The position numbers and the translations under genes were made by a program. Shown here piece after piece: positions 59,401 through 64,000 of a DNA stretch of 64,000 nt. The first letter of the stretch is position 1. The number at the start of each line of letters is the position of its first letter. Where the stretch lies: positions 136,801-200,800 of the forward strand of contig JAHDYR010000062.1 in assembly GCA_019828565.1 (NCBI GenBank). Reading direction: 5' to 3'. The notes under the pieces were generated by a model, which was not told where the DNA came from, did not search any database, and saw only the letters and a program-made list of their open reading frames with translations. The stretch comes from Carpediemonas membranifera BICM (taxonomy: Eukaryota; Protista; Fornicata).

Positions 59401-60989
59401 CGCCCTCCGCCCGCCTCGATGCTCGGCCGACCCAACTCGACCCTCGTCTGGATGCGACAGAGCAGGCGATTCCGGCCGAGCTCTGGATCTGAATAGTAGA
59501 CATACATGGTGCGTTTACTGACAGTGCGCTGCGTGCGTGCAGCGTGAGTGTGGGGTGTTCATTCAGAGTCGAGATGTGACTCAACCCCCAAATGGCGAGT
59601 CGGACGCGAACGGGCAGCGCGCTCCTGGAATCAGCAGAGCGATACTCACTCCACGTATTCCGGTAGCGCGCGGTCCGGCGCCCTCCGCCCGCCTCGATGC
59701 TCGGCCGACCCAACTCGACCCTCGTCTGGATGCGACAGAGCAGGCGATTCCGGCCGAGCTCTGGATCTGAATAGTAGACATACATGGTGCGTTTACTGAC
59801 AGTGCGCTGCGTGCGTGCAGCGTGAGTGTGGGGTGTTCATTCAGAGTCGAGATGTGACTCAACCCCCAAAATGGCGAGTCGGACGCGAACGGGCAGCGCG
59901 CTCCTGGAATCAGCAGAGCGATACTCACTCCACGTATTCCGGTAGCGCGCGGTCCGGCGCCCTCCGCCCGCCTCGATGCTCGGCCGACCCAACTCGACCC
60001 TCGTCTGGATGCGACAGAGCAGGCGACTCCGGCCGAGCTCTGGATCTGAATAGTAGACATACATGGTGCGTTTACTGACAGTGCGCTGCGTGCGTGCAGC
60101 GTGAGTGTGGGGTGTTCATTCAGAGTCGAGATGTGACTCGACCCCCAAATGGCGAGTCGGACGCGAACGGGCAGCGCGCTCCTGGAATCAGCAGAGCGAT
60201 ACTCACTCCACGTATTCCGGTAGCGCGCGGTCCGGCGCCCTCCGCCCGCCTCGATGCTCGGCCGACCCAACTCGACCCTCGTCTGGATGCGACAGAGCAG
60301 GCGATTCCGGCCGAGCTCTGGATCTGAATAGTAGACATACATGGTGCGTTTACTGACAGTGCGCTGCGTGCGTGCAGCGTGAGTGTGGGGTGTTCATTCA
60401 GAGTCGAGATGTGACTCAACCCCCAAATGGCGAGTCGGACGCGAACGGGCAGCGCGCTCCTGGAATCAGCAGAGCGATACTCACTCCACGTATTCCGGTA
60501 GCGCGCGGTCCGGCGCCCTCCGCCCGCCTCGATGCTCGGCCGACCCAACTCGACCCTCGTCTGGATGCGACAGAGCAGGCGATTCCGGCCGAGCTCTGGA
60601 TCTGAATAGTAGACATACATGGTGCGTTTACTGACAGTGCGCTGCGTGCGTGCAGCGTGAGTGTGGGGTGTTCATTCAGAGTCGAGATGTGACTCAACCC
60701 CCAAAATGGCGAGTCGGACGCGAACGGGCAGCGCGCTCCTGGAATCAGCAGAGCGATACTCACTCCACGTATTCCGGTAGCGCGCGGTCCGGCGCCCTCC
60801 GCCCGCCTCGATGCTCGGCCGACCCAACTCGACCCTCGTCTGGATGCGACAGAGCAGGCGACTCCGGCCGAGCTCTGGATCTGAATAGTAGACATACATG
60901 GTGCGTTTACTGACAGTGCGCTGCGTGCGTGCAGCGTGAGTGTGGGGTGTTCATTCAGAGTCGAGATGTGACTCGACCCCCAAAATGGC
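53428..60989. repeat. Tandem satellite array 3, ~27 monomers
   Basis: Same monomer; 7562 bp between retrotransposon copies 2 and 3. Confidence 0.98.
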
Positions 60990-63900
60990 AAAGAAAGAAA
61001 TTTATGGTGCTTGGATTCTGACCCCGGACTGAGCTTGTTTCCCGTTGTCTTGGAGCTGAGTGCCCCGGGGTACTGCCTATTTCCCGTGGCAAACTGGTCA
61101 GCAGCGTTTGCCTTGGGCTTTCGGTGCTACTGTCTCCGCGGAAAGCCGATTCCAATCGCCCCAGAGGCCCTGCGGCCATCTCCGTGCAAATATGCTTTCC
61201 TGTCTCCCCTGAAAGTCCGGCAACTATCCGGGGAGCCTGGGGGTCTGTCCTCGGGGCATTGACAGGCAGGATCGTCCTGCAGAACCTTGACTATGACACT
61301 CCTTGCTTCCCTGCAGTCCTTGTAGAGCCGTTCAGCCACGGCACCCTCTCGTCTGTCCGGTTCCCCAATTCCATGCCCCCTCGACTCTGTTAAGAAGCCT
61401 ACCCGAAGGCGGGGAAAGTGACTAAGTCCATGCTGTCTACCCCGGTTAGGTGGCGTGGGTCAGGGCATGGTGGTGTACCCCCAGGCACTAGGCCTGGTTG
61501 TCCTGTTACCCCCTTACAACATTTCGCTTGCACTACATGTCCTTGGTTTCCCATGTCGTTAACAGGGCGGCAGGGGCACCTGTGCCCCTCCGACCCCCGT
61601 GGCCAGTCCCTGCAGTTTCCTTGGGGTCCCAACGAGTGGTGCAACCATATGAATATGGATTTCCTTGACCTTATCCTTGCTCTGTCCTTGTTGCATGTCC
61701 TTTCTTTCTTATTTCTGGTCTGTCCTTCCTGTTATTTCCTTTGCAGTCGTTCCTTCCCTTGCTTTGGTTCCTGGCTACCGGGATACGTGGGCCTTTCCTC
61801 ACTGATCCCAGGAGCTTAGCACCCAGCGAGGGTGGTCCATGGCTGATTCCTTGTCCATCCCTTCCCGGTCCTGGAGTCAGGGGTTCATGACATGCTTCTA
61901 TTCCACCTTGAAGCTGTTGTAAACCTTTGCCAGTTCCCTGTAGTCCTGCCGTGAGGCCTTCCCAAATGTCCTCCGGAGCCCCATATTATTAGTTGCTGTA
62001 ATTCTAGGATGGGTCTTTCCTGGTACCATTCGCCCTGGGGGCCCTGCCTTACTTCCAAGTCCTTAGTTTTGTGCTTCGCTGCTGTCCACAGCTTTGTCCA
62101 AGCTTCTCCCCTGTCTACTGCCGGGCATTCACAGATTATGTGCGCTGCCGATCCTAGCCTCTGGCCCTCTGCCCACTCCCCTGATCATTTCCCTGCTTCC
62201 TTGCTGGTCCTGGCTTTTTCCCTAATGATCCTGTAGAACAGGCTCACCTCCGACTCCTCCGAGCATAGGGGGCATAGTCTGCTAATTTCTCTCTTCAGGT
62301 CAGCGCCTTGGGCCAGCTCTGTGATGGCTCTCATAGGGCCCTCCCTCTCTCTGCCGACGATGGGGATGGGCTGACATTGGCTGCAATGGATACAATTCTC
62401 TTCCATTCCGCCCTGCTTTTGCCCCCTTCCCAGCCTTTCGGTCTACCGTAGGCTTACCTTGCAGACACTTGCTTAATTTCCTTGTCCCCATGATTTCCAT
62501 TAGTCCTAGTGCCGTACGGCTTTTGCACCGCTTCATCCACCCCCTCCCGATCGTTTCCATGCCATAATCCAGTAGCGCTGGTTTAGGGGCTCCCTCTCTG
62601 GTGCCCTCCAGTAGATGCTGCACTCTCTCCCTAGCTTCCCACATAACCGTGCCCCCGCCCCCATTCTCTGTTTCTGACTGGTATATCCTGGTCCCTGTAG
62701 TTGACTATCCTTTTGACTGCCAGCCATTCCATGTGTGCCTGGAGGTCCACCCATCCATTCATCAGCCTCATGGCTGCGCCCCCTCCCGGTCCTGTTCCTG
62801 CCATGATTCCCTGCCAGTCATTCCAGATCCTTCTACCTCCCGGTGCGTTCCCCCACACCTCGACTCCGAAGAGGATCCTGGGCCATATATATATTTCCAG
62901 TAGTAGCCTGCTCGCTAGTGCTGGCATGTTTGCCCTGGTCCACCCTGCCCATCTCACCAGTCTCTTGTACCTTTCGCTCTGCTCCTGTTTCCGCCTTATG
63001 CAGGCCGACATAGGGTCCTTCCCACTTGCGATCCATAATCCCAGGTATCTCGCCTCCTTCTCTGGCAGTAGTGTTACCCCCTCGATCCTGACTAGGGCTG
63101 TTCTGTCCACGCTAATCATTACATTCTTCTGGGCGTTCACCCTCATTTCATGCTCTCTGATTATGTCCACCATTATGTTGGCGACCATCTGGCTATGCTC
63201 CGGTTTGCTCCCTGTGACCGCAGTGTCATCCACAAACATGGTAAGTGCTGCCGGTAGTCGGTCGCTGAGGTGGCTCGTGGTCCTTGGCGGTTCTCTGATG
63301 TCGTACCGTTCTCCCTTTGATTTTCTTTTCTGGCCAGGTGGGGCCAGTTAGCCATGAACAGCACAAACAGTGTCGGTGCCAGGACGCACCCTTGCTTAAC
63401 TCCCCTGTTGGTTCTTTCCCATGCCTTTGCCCCCTTGACTGATATCCAGGTTTCCTTTTATTGTGCCTTGAATTGCCCTGATCAAGTGCTCCTCCACCCC
63501 CATACCCTGTAGCTTATCCATGAGAATGTCCCTTGGTACCGTGTCATATGCCTTCTCGATGTCCAGAAAGATTGACGTGGTCTCACCCCCCTCCCGGTGC
63601 CGCTGCACAATGTACTGTATCTGCTGGATGACGTCCCTGTCTGACTGGAAACCAGCCTGTTCTCTTGGTATGAACCTTTTCGTTGCTGCTTCCAGACGTA
63701 TCTTGAGCAATCTACCATAGACCCTGTACAGCAGTGGTGTCAAGGATATTGGTCTATATGATTCCGGCTTGACCCTTGGCTTCCCTTGTCTTGTGTATGG
63801 CCGACACTGTGGCATACTTCCATGCTTTGGGTACGTCGCCCTCCCTGTAGACCCTGTTGATGAGCCTCGTCACTTCCCTAAGGCCTTTCTCATCCAGCTC

Positions 63901-64000
63901 TCTCAGCATGTCTCCAGATGTGAGGTCAGGCCCTGGTGCGGTGTCCCTCCCGATCCTTTTGATTGCGGCTTTGACCTCGCTTTCCTTGAACTCATTTCCG
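60990..64000 (-). mobile_element. Non-LTR retrotransposon, copy 3 (3' part only; cut by the window edge)
   Basis: Same 3' junction (..AAATGGC/AAAGAAAGAAATTT); sequence matches copies 1 and 2 through the RT domain. Confidence 0.95.
61898..64000 (-). CDS. LINE ORF2 (copy 3), RT and C-terminal part
   Basis: YRPISLT..EQAGFQS..FLDIEKAYDTV and MFVDD..RYLG read in frame in parts of this copy. Confidence 0.85.

Noticed and set aside
22389-60991. Dozens of repetitive ORFs (SHISTLNEHPTLTLHARS..., MQRECGVF..., MWGVHSES...) across the satellite
   Set aside because: By-product of a GC-rich 279-bp (93-codon) monomer with a stop-free frame. The 278-bp monomers break the frame freely, and there is no unique start or protein motif.

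Overview
Eukaryotic genomic DNA, GC-rich and gene-dense, with 29-34 nt spliceosomal introns. It resembles a compact-genome protist, possibly a metamonad such as Carpediemonas (inference only). Left third (1-22.5 kb): host genes (ISD11/LYRM4, ribosomal protein eS12, a SNF2/BRM ATPase, a TPR protein, NFU1, several hypotheticals) and a nested mobile locus. In that locus a two-gene DD37E Tc1/IS630-type DNA transposon (imperfect ~29-bp TIRs, TA target, 3671-11359) has its transposase split by a recent Ty3/Gypsy chromovirus-like LTR element (4030-10063; identical 84-bp LTRs, CTCC TSD). The LTR element carries an antisense, intron-containing extra gene that ends in a second chromo-like domain. Right two-thirds (22.5-64 kb): a 278/279-bp tandem satellite interrupted three times, at the same monomer position and in the same orientation, by an ~8.7-kb APE-RT non-LTR retrotransposon (14-bp TSD, TTTC tail, very large ORF1). 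Element plus ~27 monomers forms a ~16.25-kb higher-order repeat, a centromere- or heterochromatin-like structure. Most frameshifts in the repeats fall in homopolymers and differ between copies, so they are probably long-read consensus errors.
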